64,000 bases of DNA from Alphaproteobacteria bacterium (GTDB lineage: Bacteria > Pseudomonadota > Alphaproteobacteria > RF32 > CAG-239): assembly GCA_045603405.1 (NCBI GenBank), contig JAZUMA010000030.1, positions 3,744-67,743 of the forward strand. Direction: 5' to 3'. Numbering within the stretch: the stretch's first letter is position 1; the number at the start of each line of letters is the position of its first letter. The position numbers were made by a program, and so were the translations under genes. The notes under the pieces are model-generated. The model searched no databases. It worked only from the letters and a program-made list of their open reading frames with translations, and was not told where the DNA came from. Of the stretch, positions 9,155-17,674 are shown piece after piece.

Positions 9155-10738
9155 ATGATGGGAAAAACAAGCCTTAAAAAACAAATGATTTTTTTAGTGC
9201 GTTTTTGGGTGTTGCTGTTTTTGGGCAGTTTATCTACACTTATTTTTCCGCCGTTTGAAAAAAGTATTGTCGGGTATGTGGCGTTTATTACTTTTTTGAG
9301 TTATCTCTTTTATGGTTGGCGTTCGCGAAAAGAAATGTTTTGGTCTGCTTACGCTTTTGGTTTTGCTTTTTTTGCTGTCGGTTTTATTTGGATTAGTAAT
9401 GCTCTTTTAGTAGACGATGGAGAAATGAAGTCGTATATTCCTTTGGTTATTTTATCTATAGGTTCTTTTTTCGGGCTGTTTTGGGCTTTGCCGGTATTCT
9501 TTTGCAGTTATGGGAAGAATATTTATGCACGGATGTTGCTGTTTATGGCAGTATTTGTGTTTTTTGAATGGGTACGCAGTTTTATTTTTACCGGTTTTCC
9601 ATGGAATCTGCTGGGAACAGCTCTTAGCTTTAATCCTCTGCTTATACAAGGTGCTGCATATGTAGGAACATATGGTTTATCGCTATTTTTGTTGGGGATG
9701 TGCTTAGGTGTGGCTTTACTGGGTTTAAGTATAGTGCAAAGAAAATTTTATAAGGGAAGTTTGATTTTTTTAGCAGTGAGCGGATTGTTTTTTTATATTG
9801 CCGCGCAGCGTAATGATGCCAGGTGTGTGCATTGTCGGGAAATGAATGACTTCATTGTGCGATTGGTGCAACCGAGTATTCCTCAAACTTTTAAATGGCA
9901 TCCGGCGTTGGCGCATAAAAATTTTCGTCAATATATAGATTTGAGTAAAAACGGTACAAGTGATAAAAATTTGCCTTTGGATTTAGTAAAAATTGTGATT
10001 TGGGGGGAAACGGCTACACCATATTTTTTGGATCAAGATGAAGAACATTTAAATGAAATCAAAGAAGCTATTCCTACAGATGGTTTTTTAGTTACAGGAG
10101 TGCTACGAGCCGGATATGAAAACGGAAAGCAAGTTCCGTATAATTCTTTGTATGTGATTGATGGAAAGGGAAATATTAAAGACTATTATGATAAGTCACA
10201 TTTAGTACCGTTTGGTGAATTTTTGCCTTTTCGGGAATATTTGCCGGATTTCATGCGACCGGTGGCAGATATTGTGGGGGATTTAGGGCGCGGAGAAAAA
10301 TATAAAAGCCTTCATGTAGATGGGTTGCCTTTAATGGGGGGGGCAATTTGTTATGAAAGCATCTTTCCTAAAAGCGTGATTGATCCTGAAAATAAGCCGG
10401 AGATTTTATTGGTTTTAGCAAATGATGGTTGGTATGGTGTCAGCAGCGGACCATATCAACATTTGGCAGCGGCGCAAATGCGCGCAGTTGAGGAGGGCAT
10501 TACGGTTATTCGGAGTGCAAATACGGGAATTAGTGCCGTAATTGATATGAATGGTTATATCTTAGATAAAATTGCTCTTAATGAGGTTAATATTGCAGAT
10601 GTGTCTTTACCTGTTCCTCTTTCGCGCCCAACTTTTTATGGGAAATATGGAAATGTCATACCTTTGGGATTGGTTCTTGTCTTGTTGTTTATTGTTTTTT
10701 CTATTAACAGGTGTGTGAACCGTAAAAAAATTATTTAA
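9155..10738 (+). CDS. lnt: Apolipoprotein N-acyltransferase
   Basis: N-terminal polytopic region plus a nitrilase-like domain with KSHLVPFGE and ICYES (catalytic Cys). Confidence 0.85.
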   Translation: MMGKTSLKKQMIFLVRFWVLLFLGSLSTLIFPPFEKSIVGYVAFITFLSYLFYGWRSRKEMFWSAYAFGFAFFAVGFIWISNALLVDDGEMKSYIPLVILSIGSFFGLFWALPVFFCSYGKNIYARMLLFMAVFVFFEWVRSFIFTGFPWNLLGTALSFNPLLIQGAAYVGTYGLSLFLLGMCLGVALLGLSIVQRKFYKGSLIFLAVSGLFFYIAAQRNDARCVHCREMNDFIVRLVQPSIPQTFKWHPALAHKNFRQYIDLSKNGTSDKNLPLDLVKIVIWGETATPYFLDQDEEHLNEIKEAIPTDGFLVTGVLRAGYENGKQVPYNSLYVIDGKGNIKDYYDKSHLVPFGEFLPFREYLPDFMRPVADIVGDLGRGEKYKSLHVDGLPLMGGAICYESIFPKSVIDPENKPEILLVLANDGWYGVSSGPYQHLAAAQMRAVEEGITVIRSANTGISAVIDMNGYILDKIALNEVNIADVSLPVPLSRPTFYGKYGNVIPLGLVLVLLFIVFSINRCVNRKKII

Positions 10739-10848
10739 TATGTGCATATGTTATCGTTAAAGTTGTATATACACTAAAAAAGTGTTGCTTTTTATTTATG
10801 GCCTTAATAATATTCCACTAAATATATTTTAATTTAGGAGATTTAATT

Positions 10849-11337
10849 ATGCCTCGCGGACGTAAAAGAAAAATAGATGCTTTGACCGGTGAGAATGTTG
10901 TAGAAAGCGGTATCGGACCAATCGATGTGCATGTCGGTTCCAGAATCGGCGCGAGAAGAAAGTTATTACAGCTCAGCCAAAAAGAGTTGGCTGAAAAACT
11001 GGGTATTACTTTTCAGCAAGTGCAGAAATATGAAAAAGGTGTTAATCGTATCGGTGCAGGCAGACTGTATAGTATTGCTACAATTTTGGGTGTCGATATT
11101 GATTATTTTTATGGGGATATGGATGCGGAATCTTATTCGCGTTTGCCAGAGTATAGTTCTGTAACAGGTGTGGGTTTTTTGCAGGAAGACCAGATAGAAG
11201 CACAGTTTGATCCGATAGATGGAGCAGAGGCAACAATGTTGTTGAAAGCTTTTTATGCTTTGCCGCCGAAGGCAAGAAATTCTCTTTTAGTTATGCTGAC
11301 CAGTTTACATGAAAGAGATGATGAAGGAGATGCTTAA
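10849..11337 (+). CDS. XRE-family helix-turn-helix transcriptional regulator
   Basis: LSQKELAEKLGITFQQVQKYEKGVNRI HTH motif. Confidence 0.75.
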   Translation: MPRGRKRKIDALTGENVVESGIGPIDVHVGSRIGARRKLLQLSQKELAEKLGITFQQVQKYEKGVNRIGAGRLYSIATILGVDIDYFYGDMDAESYSRLPEYSSVTGVGFLQEDQIEAQFDPIDGAEATMLLKAFYALPPKARNSLLVMLTSLHERDDEGDA

Positions 11338-12067
11338 TAGAGGAATTATTCCGGATGTGCCAAAGTTTTTCGGACGGCGTAAAGGGCGTGTGGTTCGTAA
11401 AGCAAAAAGTTTTCTTTTAGAGGAGATGTTGCCGCAGTTGCGGGTGTGTCAAGCTGAACAGTTTAACCGAGAAACTTTATTCAAAGAACCTAAAAAGGAA
11501 ATTTGTTTAGAAATCGGTTTTGGTGACGGACAGCATATCTTCGGGCAGGCAGAAAGAAATCCTGATAACGGGTATGTCGGTGTTGAGGTTTTTCAGAACG
11601 GGGTGGCTAATCTTTTGACACTTATCAGTGGTGTTAAAGATGGAGCGCAGCTTCCTGAAAAGATTGATGCTGTTTCGTATCCGGTGCATAATATTAGGAT
11701 TTATGATGATGATGTTCGGCTTTTATTTGAGAAAATTCCCAATAATTTTTTTGATAAAGTGTTTCTGCTCTTTCCTGATCCATGGCCGAAAAAAAAGCAT
11801 GCCGGACGGCGTTTTGTTAATGCGGATAACTTAAAAGAAGTGGCGCGTGTACTTAAAAAAGGCGGCTTATTTCGGATTGCAACCGATCACCCGATATATA
11901 AAAGACATGTTTTGCGCGTTATGCATGAGTGTAAAGATTTTATATGGACGGCAAAATGTGGTAATGATTGGAAACATGAACCGAAAGATTGGGTAAAAAC
12001 AAAATACCAGCAAAAGGCTGTAAGAGAAGGACGGCGTCCTGTCTTTTTTGATTATTTAAAAGTGTAA
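11309..12067 (+). CDS. trmB: tRNA (guanine-N7)-methyltransferase
   Basis: LEIGFGDG and FPDPWPKKKH motifs. The start is uncertain (11309 or the ATG at 11330 overlapping the XRE stop). Confidence 0.85.
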   Translation: MKEMMKEMLNRGIIPDVPKFFGRRKGRVVRKAKSFLLEEMLPQLRVCQAEQFNRETLFKEPKKEICLEIGFGDGQHIFGQAERNPDNGYVGVEVFQNGVANLLTLISGVKDGAQLPEKIDAVSYPVHNIRIYDDDVRLLFEKIPNNFFDKVFLLFPDPWPKKKHAGRRFVNADNLKEVARVLKKGGLFRIATDHPIYKRHVLRVMHECKDFIWTAKCGNDWKHEPKDWVKTKYQQKAVREGRRPVFFDYLKV

Positions 12068-12172
12068 ATTTTGCAAACTAATTCGCAGATGGAAGCCTAT
12101 CCCTAAGTGCTCACGTACCTCTATGTACGCTCCGCTTTAGGGCAGGATATCTGCGATTATTTTACAAAATTT
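12066..12172. repeat. Palindromic intergenic element, copy A (~107 nt)
   Basis: Outer arms AAATTTTGCAAACTAATTCGCAGAT / ATCTGCGATTATTTTACAAAATTT, inner arms CCCTAAG/CTTTAGGG, and centre CGTAC-CTCTAT-GTACG. It shares its termini and centre with copy B at 31876-31989. Confidence 0.55.
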
Positions 12173-12284
12173 CCTACTTTTAATGGGGAAGCAAACTAAT
12201 TTTCAGAAAAAAGGTGTTATGTTAACAGTTTTTTTTATGATATACTCTATAGTATATCTGTAGTTTTATTATAGGGAGAAAGCT

Positions 12285-13187
12285 ATGGATGAGAAAGATA
12301 TCAGAGTGGAAACAAAAAATGGTAAAACAACCTATTATATAGGGGATGTAGAAGTTCAGCGTATAGCTGATAACAATCATGGTAGCAGAGTTTATTTTCA
12401 TCCGGATGGGACAAGCTATCATTTTCCTTTGGTTGAAGATCCGTCAGTTGCTAAATGTTGGCTTGTCGAAAAAGGAGATGGAACAATGTTTTATTGTTCA
12501 AAAGGGGAAGTTTCTTATGTTTCAGACAGATATTTAAATGAGAGTGAGATTTCAGGTAATTTTGTTTATGATGATCATTGTAATAGAGTGTATGAGCTGC
12601 CAAATGGGAAGAAGTATTATTTTAACATAGAAAGCTATCCGGATTTATATAGTGGCAGGTGTTGGGCTACTAGAGATAAAGACGGCAAATATACTTATTA
12701 TGATACTCAAAAAGCCAGAGCAGTATATACTAAAGATGAAGATGGAAATGAGGTTCATTTTAAAGGAGACGGGTGGACTGTTGATTATACTAAAGATAAA
12801 AATGGAAATAAGGTTAAATATCAAGGAGATGTCGTAGAAGTTCATTTTTATAAAGGCAGTAGTGCGGTTGCTTATACCAAGGATAAAAAAGGAAATGAAA
12901 TCTATTATAAGAAAGATGGTAAGACAATAGATTATACTAAAAATAAAGAAGGGGATGTAGAACATTATACGGATGGTATAAGAAATAATATGCTTGCAGA
13001 AAATAGAAAAAAATTTGCTACAAGGTTCGGTTTAAGAGATGTTAGTATGCCAAGATGGGTTAAAGAGGCTGAAGAGAAAATTAGTCGTAAAGTTGAAGAG
13101 GTTATTCAAAAGAAAAAGAGTGGTAATGGGAAGGATGTAGCACAAAAAACGACTAAGACTAATGGCGGACAAGCAAAAGAAAGATAA
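12285..13187 (+). CDS. Repeat protein with beta-hairpin-type YTKDxxGNxxxY repeats (YD/MORN-like) and a basic tail
   Basis: VYTKDEDGNEVHF, DYTKDKNGNKVKY, AYTKDKKGNEIYY and DYTKNKEGDVEHY, plus degenerate N-terminal copies. Confidence 0.5.
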   Translation: MDEKDIRVETKNGKTTYYIGDVEVQRIADNNHGSRVYFHPDGTSYHFPLVEDPSVAKCWLVEKGDGTMFYCSKGEVSYVSDRYLNESEISGNFVYDDHCNRVYELPNGKKYYFNIESYPDLYSGRCWATRDKDGKYTYYDTQKARAVYTKDEDGNEVHFKGDGWTVDYTKDKNGNKVKYQGDVVEVHFYKGSSAVAYTKDKKGNEIYYKKDGKTIDYTKNKEGDVEHYTDGIRNNMLAENRKKFATRFGLRDVSMPRWVKEAEEKISRKVEEVIQKKKSGNGKDVAQKTTKTNGGQAKER

Positions 13188-13232
13188 TTTTTCTTGTTAC
13201 GTTAAGATGCTTTAGGGCAATTTTGAATAGGC

Positions 13233-14432
13233 TTAACTCTGGTGTTTTGCCATATAAGCTTGGAAAAAGAGTGTATTGGAGTTATTTTGTGCAAGAGGTT
13301 TTGTTTTTATTTTATTTTCTGCATTATTGACGGCTTGTTTATATAGGCGTACTAATTCGTTGGCTCCGGAAATATCCGTTTGTTTAAGTTGGTCAATGAT
13401 TTGCGGGGTGATAATCGTTTGTTCGAAAAGCGCTTTTACACCGTTTATACCTTTGCCATCTACCCAGTTTAATGCAGTGTTTAAAGTGTTCGGATTTCTT
13501 AATGATTTTGCATTATTTAAGGCTGCTGTGCCGTTTCCTTTCCAATTAACATGGCAAAAGGCTGCGGCTATGACACCAAGATTGATACGGGTCGCGGCAT
13601 TATATCCTAACCGTGTTGCGACGGCTTCAATTATTTTATGCGGACCATTCGCTCTGCCAATACTAAAAAAGTGGAGTTGATATTTTTCAAGCTCAGCTAA
13701 AAATTTTTTCTTCGGCATACTTTTAGCCAGTTTTTTGTATGCGTCAGTCACATTTCCTTTGATTTTTAAACTGGTATAAGTTTTATTTTGTTGCTGAGCT
13801 TTACATTTTTCTAACGGTAAAGGTGAACCATCTGTAGTAAAAAAGAGCTTCTCTAAATTGGCAGCGGCCACATGCACACCAATTTTTTCCGAAGTCTGAA
13901 AGAAATTGACGACATAAGCCCTGGTTTTGGGATTAGCTAATAAATATTTCATGAATGCTGTTGCAGTGGCATCATTCATTTGTGTCGGTCCTTTATAACC
14001 TTGAGAATTAATTAATGCAGGATTCAGATCATAAGTAACTTTTGGATCTTCACCAGGTTTGGGTGTGCGTTCTTGACATTCGCGATAATATGTTGGTGAT
14101 AGAATATTTAGAGATGGTGCTTCTGCGGTTAAAACGCGTTTTAATATAATTTTTCCGGTTTTTTGATAAGTTACAGCATCTATAACGTAAGTATATTCGC
14201 TTCTTTTATAAAGATGGGCTTCTTGGTCAGAAATTGCAGGAATTTCTGAGAATTTATGATAAACTTTTTGAGGGGTTCTTTTTTTATTTTTGGGAGCTGA
14301 GGCGCTGCTTGAACTTTCTCTGACAGCGGTTGTTTCTTTATATGGTTGTTCATTATGCAGTGTTGCGGCAGATGTATTTATTCCGCCGGAAAGAAAAATA
14401 GCTGCGCTGATTAGTTTTTCTTTTATATTCAT
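13233..14432 (-). CDS. Secreted hypothetical protein (N-terminal signal peptide)
   Basis: MNIKEKLISAAIFLSGGINTSAA leader. No family recognised. Confidence 0.5.
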   Translation of the reverse strand: MNIKEKLISAAIFLSGGINTSAATLHNEQPYKETTAVRESSSSASAPKNKKRTPQKVYHKFSEIPAISDQEAHLYKRSEYTYVIDAVTYQKTGKIILKRVLTAEAPSLNILSPTYYRECQERTPKPGEDPKVTYDLNPALINSQGYKGPTQMNDATATAFMKYLLANPKTRAYVVNFFQTSEKIGVHVAAANLEKLFFTTDGSPLPLEKCKAQQQNKTYTSLKIKGNVTDAYKKLAKSMPKKKFLAELEKYQLHFFSIGRANGPHKIIEAVATRLGYNAATRINLGVIAAAFCHVNWKGNGTAALNNAKSLRNPNTLNTALNWVDGKGINGVKALFEQTIITPQIIDQLKQTDISGANELVRLYKQAVNNAENKIKTKPLAQNNSNTLFFQAYMAKHQS

Positions 14433-14507
14433 TTTATTTTCCCTCAGTTTTTAATAATCTACTCCTGTGTAGTATAGCTTATAAATGATTGCTTGTCTAT
14501 ATGTTTT

Positions 14508-14545
14508 TATAAAAAAAATCTCCTTCGTACTTATAAAGGAGATTT
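14508..14545 (-). terminator. Rho-independent terminator of the lipoprotein gene
   Basis: 10-bp stem AAATCTCCTT/AAGGAGATTT followed by a U run on the minus strand. Confidence 0.6.
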
Positions 14546-15076
14546 TTTTTCTGTTATATGAAGATCTTTTTCTTCTGTCCAAATGGAAAGCTCGTATTTT
14601 CCATCAAAAGTGAAAACTTTTAAGAAATCATCGTTTGTTAAGACTATTCTCTGAGAGTCTTCCTTATTTTTAATGGTAACAACTGTGGCGCTATCATTAA
14701 AAGAGAAATTGAGTCTTGTTTCACCAATCATGGTATCTGTCGGAACACTTTCCCAATTAGTAACAGGAATAAAAGAGTCCCTTACATGAAGATGACCTTC
14801 TTCCAGCCACACTTCGATCAGATGATGACCGTCTTGAGTTTTTAATTTAACATTGTCTCCATCTTTCTCGAAAATTCTGGAATCTTTTTGACTCCCGTCT
14901 TCTTTTTCGATGCTGACAAAAGAGAGCTCATCGTCGAACTCAAGATGACTTCCTCCGATGATGGTATCTGTGGGGATATTTTTCCACTCCCCAAAATTGC
15001 GATGTGATTTGCAGCCTGTGGTGCTCATCACGGTCACTGCTATGATTACAGTGACAAATAAAAAAATTTTTTTCAT
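14531..15076 (-). CDS. Lipoprotein made of two tandem homologous ~75-aa domains
   Basis: Lipobox MSTTGC. The internal duplication shows as WKNIPTDTIIGGSHLEF / WESVPTDTMIGETRLNF. Confidence 0.55.
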   Translation of the reverse strand: MKKIFLFVTVIIAVTVMSTTGCKSHRNFGEWKNIPTDTIIGGSHLEFDDELSFVSIEKEDGSQKDSRIFEKDGDNVKLKTQDGHHLIEVWLEEGHLHVRDSFIPVTNWESVPTDTMIGETRLNFSFNDSATVVTIKNKEDSQRIVLTNDDFLKVFTFDGKYELSIWTEEKDLHITEKKSPL

Positions 15077-15289
15077 AATTATAATATTAACAATCTTCTT
15101 TTTATACTATTTTTGGATATTTGTCAATATTGTAATTTGTTTGGTGCTATGTTTATTAAAAGATAGTGGAAAAGTGGAAGTTTTTAAAGGTAAAATTAAA
15201 ATTTATGTATTATGTTAGTTGACAATTCGGATATGTATCTGCTAAAAAGCAGTACTTTCTTGTGTTTAAATAATTTTAAGGAAATAAAA

Positions 15290-16636
15290 ATGGTTTCGTT
15301 AGCAGAAAAAATGGCAGCAAACATGGATTCTTCCGTGTTTAGTAAAGCAACGGATTTGCATAAGCGTTTGTTGTTTACACTTATGGCTCTGATTGTTTTC
15401 AGGCTTGGTACATTTATACCTTTGCCGGGTATTGATTCTAGGGTTTTGGCAGAAATTTTTGCCAGACATCAGAGCGGCCTTTTGGGTATGTTTAATATGT
15501 TTTCCGGTGGTGCTTTGGAGCGTATGACAATCTTTGCTTTGAATATTATGCCGTACATTTCAGCTTCTATTATCTTGCAACTCGGACAATCAATCGTTCC
15601 GTCTTTAGCTGCTCTTAAAAAAGAAGGTGAAGCCGGACATCGCAAGATGACACACTATACTAAATTGTTAACGGTGTTGATTACGATTGTTCAAGGATAT
15701 GGTATTGCTTTAGGTTTGATGAGCTTAGCCAATAGTGACGGTTCAAGTGCGGTAGTTATTGCGCCGTATACATTTATCTTTTCGACTATTGTTTCTTTGA
15801 CCGGCGGTACAATGTTTATTGTTTGGTTAGGGGAACAGATTACTTCTCGCGGCGTCGGTAACGGTTCTTCGTTAATCATTACGGTTGGTATTATTGCCAA
15901 TATTCCATCTGCTATCGGACAAACTTTAGAGTTAGGACGTATCGGTTCAATGTCTCCGTTGGTTATTTTAGGCTTGTTCTTAATGAGTATTGCTTTGGTA
16001 TTCATTATCTTAAAAGTAGAAATGGCACAACGTAAGATTTTGGTGCAATATCCAAAGCGTCAGGTCGGTTTGCGTGTTACATCAGCTGAAAGTTCTCATT
16101 TGCCTTTAAAGGTTAATCCGACAGGTGTTATTCCGCCAATCTTTGCCAGTGCTTTGTTGTTGTTGCCGATTACATTAGCAAATATTTGGTCTAACAACGG
16201 ACCGGAATGGGTGCAGACATTAAGCCGTTATTTGAGTCACGGACAACCTTTGTATTTACTTCTTTATGCCGGTTTGATTATATTCTTTGCTTTCTTTTAT
16301 ACTGCGGTTGTGGTTAATCCGGAAGAAACGGCAGAGAATTTGAAAAAACACGGCGGATTTATTGCCGGTATCAGACCAGGTAAAAATACAGCAGAATATT
16401 TGGATTATGTGGTTACACGTTTGACAGTTCTCGGCGCATTTTATTTGGCAGCGCTGTGTATTTTGCCGGAAATCTTGATTTCTAAACTTTCTGTTCCGTT
16501 TGTTTTAGGCGGTACAACTCTTCTCATCGTGGTGCAGGTTACATTGGATTTCATTACCCAAGTGCAATCGCATTTGTTTGCGTATCAATATGAGGGGTTA
16601 CTGAAAAAAGCGGCACTTGTAAAGAAAAAGAGATAA
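15290..16636 (+). CDS. secY: Preprotein translocase subunit SecY
   Basis: RLLFTLMALIVFRLGTFIPLPGID and the general SecY profile. AAGGAA RBS 8 nt before the ATG at 15290. The ORF track starts it at 15212. Confidence 0.92.
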   Translation: MVSLAEKMAANMDSSVFSKATDLHKRLLFTLMALIVFRLGTFIPLPGIDSRVLAEIFARHQSGLLGMFNMFSGGALERMTIFALNIMPYISASIILQLGQSIVPSLAALKKEGEAGHRKMTHYTKLLTVLITIVQGYGIALGLMSLANSDGSSAVVIAPYTFIFSTIVSLTGGTMFIVWLGEQITSRGVGNGSSLIITVGIIANIPSAIGQTLELGRIGSMSPLVILGLFLMSIALVFIILKVEMAQRKILVQYPKRQVGLRVTSAESSHLPLKVNPTGVIPPIFASALLLLPITLANIWSNNGPEWVQTLSRYLSHGQPLYLLLYAGLIIFFAFFYTAVVVNPEETAENLKKHGGFIAGIRPGKNTAEYLDYVVTRLTVLGAFYLAALCILPEILISKLSVPFVLGGTTLLIVVQVTLDFITQVQSHLFAYQYEGLLKKAALVKKKR

Positions 16637-16654
16637 TTTTAAGTGATGCTATGA

Positions 16655-16687
16655 GAAAAGAGCACTTCACAATGAAGTGCTCTTTTC
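16655..16687. terminator. Bidirectional hairpin between convergent secY and the 154-aa gene
   Basis: GAAAAGAGCACTTCA-CAA-TGAAGTGCTCTTTTC. Confidence 0.6.
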
Positions 16688-16688
16688 T

Positions 16689-17153
16689 TTAATTCATGGT
16701 TTGGAGAGCGTGTAGGGCAAATAGATGTGCATCAATCAATGTAAGATGTGCATTCATTATGTCTAAATCTATCTTGTCTCCTGTTGGCAAGAGGAGATAG
16801 CGCGAAGTATCTATCAAGTCATCCATCAACTCGACTGGATAATTCTGACTATCTTCTTTGATTTTAGCTATTTGCCGGGTGATTTCTGTTTTGAAATCTT
16901 CTTCAATATTTTCTATACAATAATCATGGAAAGTGTTTAAAAATTCTTGGATCTGTTCATGGATTTCCTCATCGTATTCATCTTTCATAAGATCGGTTAT
17001 AAAAGGAGCTACGTTCTCCTTTCTATCGGCTCCACATGCGTAGATGCCAACATAGTCAACATGATTGCCATTTTTATATTCTATTTGTGTTAAATAGCAA
17101 AATCTTTCGCTCAGTCTGCCACAAGCGATGATAACAAAACGAGTAGGTGTCAT
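16689..17153 (-). CDS. Hypothetical protein, 154 aa (orphan)
   Basis: ORF with its own TTGCAT-16-TACAAT promoter upstream. No family recognised. Confidence 0.45.
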   Translation of the reverse strand: MTPTRFVIIACGRLSERFCYLTQIEYKNGNHVDYVGIYACGADRKENVAPFITDLMKDEYDEEIHEQIQEFLNTFHDYCIENIEEDFKTEITRQIAKIKEDSQNYPVELMDDLIDTSRYLLLPTGDKIDLDIMNAHLTLIDAHLFALHALQTMN

Positions 17154-17252
17154 AATTTTTATTTTAATTAATTAATAAATATAATAATTTGATATTAGAA
17201 ACCTGATTGTAGTTTATTTTTTTTATTATGCAACATGTTTTTAAAATCTAAA

Positions 17253-17274
17253 GGCCACCCCTTTGGGGGTGGTC
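17253..17274 (-). terminator. GC hairpin downstream of the extended KH-domain reading frame
   Basis: CCACCCC-TTTG-GGGGTGG, about 25 nt after the TAA at 17300-17302. Confidence 0.5.
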
Positions 17275-17302
17275 TTTTCGGGTAGAAACTTAGAAAATTT
17301 TA

Positions 17303-17674
17303 CTTTAATTTTCTTTTCTTGGCACCCCACAATATAGCTAAATTTTCTATGGTTGGTTCTAGTGTAGGTTTTGGTTCGTTGTTTTCTGCTTGTTGTTGAA
17401 CATATTCCTCGAAATCACCAACATTGTTGTTAAATTCAATGATGCGGTCGCGGAATTTTGTTTCTTCATCAAGGTATGAACCCCACCTATCTTCTTGAGG
17501 ACGCGGATCAATCAGGCGCTCTTCTAAGAGTTTGCGTAAATCGTCGTAGATTCCTAATCGATGTTCAACACGTTCGGCGATAATATTATAGCCTGAGGCA
17601 CGCCTTGCTTTACCGACAATATAAAAGTAGTTGTAGCCGTGTCCTTCACTGTCATAATTACTTTCAAAAAACTT
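17303..17674 (-). other. 124 stop-free codons continuing the KH-domain ORF in frame after its TAA. No ATG, GTG or plausible internal start.
   Basis: Hand translation reads ...VSEEF*KFFESNYDSEGHGYNYFYIVGKARRASGYNIIAERVEHRLGIYDDLRKLLEERLIDPRPQEDRWGSYLDEETKFRDRIIEFNNNVGDFEEYVQQQAENNEPKPTLEPTIENLAILWGAKKRKLK*. Confidence 0.6.

Noticed and set aside
12645-12965. 106-aa Ile/Phe-rich antisense ORF and the 61-aa + frame ORF within the repeat-protein gene
   Set aside because: These are mirror or shifted readings of the AAA/GAT-rich repeat DNA. The sense frame has an RBS (GGGAGAAAG) and a coherent repeat structure.
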